Positions 63,860 through 64,000 of a DNA stretch of 64,000 bases are shown in pieces. Numbering within the stretch: position 1 is the stretch's first letter; every line of letters begins with the position of its first letter. This DNA is from Octopus sinensis. Taxonomy: Eukaryota. Location of the stretch: NCBI RefSeq assembly GCF_006345805.1, contig NC_043002.1, positions 12,462,001-12,526,000 of the forward strand, written 5' to 3'. Both the position numbers and the translations under genes were made by a program. The notes beneath the pieces were generated by a model, which was not told the DNA's origin, did not search any database, and was given only the letters and a program-made list of their open reading frames with translations.

Positions 63860-64000
63860 AGCATATATACGACGGGCTTCTTTCAGTTTCCGTCTACCAG
63901 ATCTACTCACAAAGCTTTGGTCGGTCCAAGGCTGTAGTAGAAAACACTTGACCAAGGTGCCACGCACTGGGACTGAACCCGGAACCATGTGGCTGGTAAG
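63557..64000 (-). mobile_element. SINE family A, nearly full (runs off the window), internal duplication in the linker
   Basis: CGATGTTGGGGG..AC occurs twice (63733 and 63788). Confidence 0.92.

Overview
Repeat-saturated, AT-rich eukaryotic (animal) genomic DNA with a 100-N scaffold gap at 10003-10102. The SINE families and the extreme (TA)n/(CA)n/(TATG)n/(TAA)n load suggest a coleoid cephalopod, probably Octopus (my inference from repeat recognition, not a database result). I can support no intact host protein-coding gene, and nearly all ORF-track calls are microsatellite translations. The window looks intronic or intergenic. It holds dozens of tRNA-derived SINE copies from at least 3-4 families, decayed Tc1/mariner elements and MITEs, non-LTR retrotransposon fragments (L1/Tx1, R4/Dong-type RLE, RTE, CR1) and many Penelope-like tails. 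The most interesting signals are: (1) several unrelated hammerhead-ribozyme motifs in Penelope-like fragments (13903-13943, 49803-49897, 12802-12847, and a repeated CUGUNGA-variant family); (2) a foldback element whose arms are arrays of 15-bp YY1-motif repeats (40115-41390); (3) a mariner derivative built from two inverted 5' ends (53740-54609); (4) a ~99% identical 365-bp direct repeat bracketing a nest of transposons (28238-34516); (5) multimeric SINEs and inverted SINE pairs/hairpins. Coordinates were read by eye, and repeat boundaries are approximate to about 10-20 bp unless a TIR or TSD is quoted.
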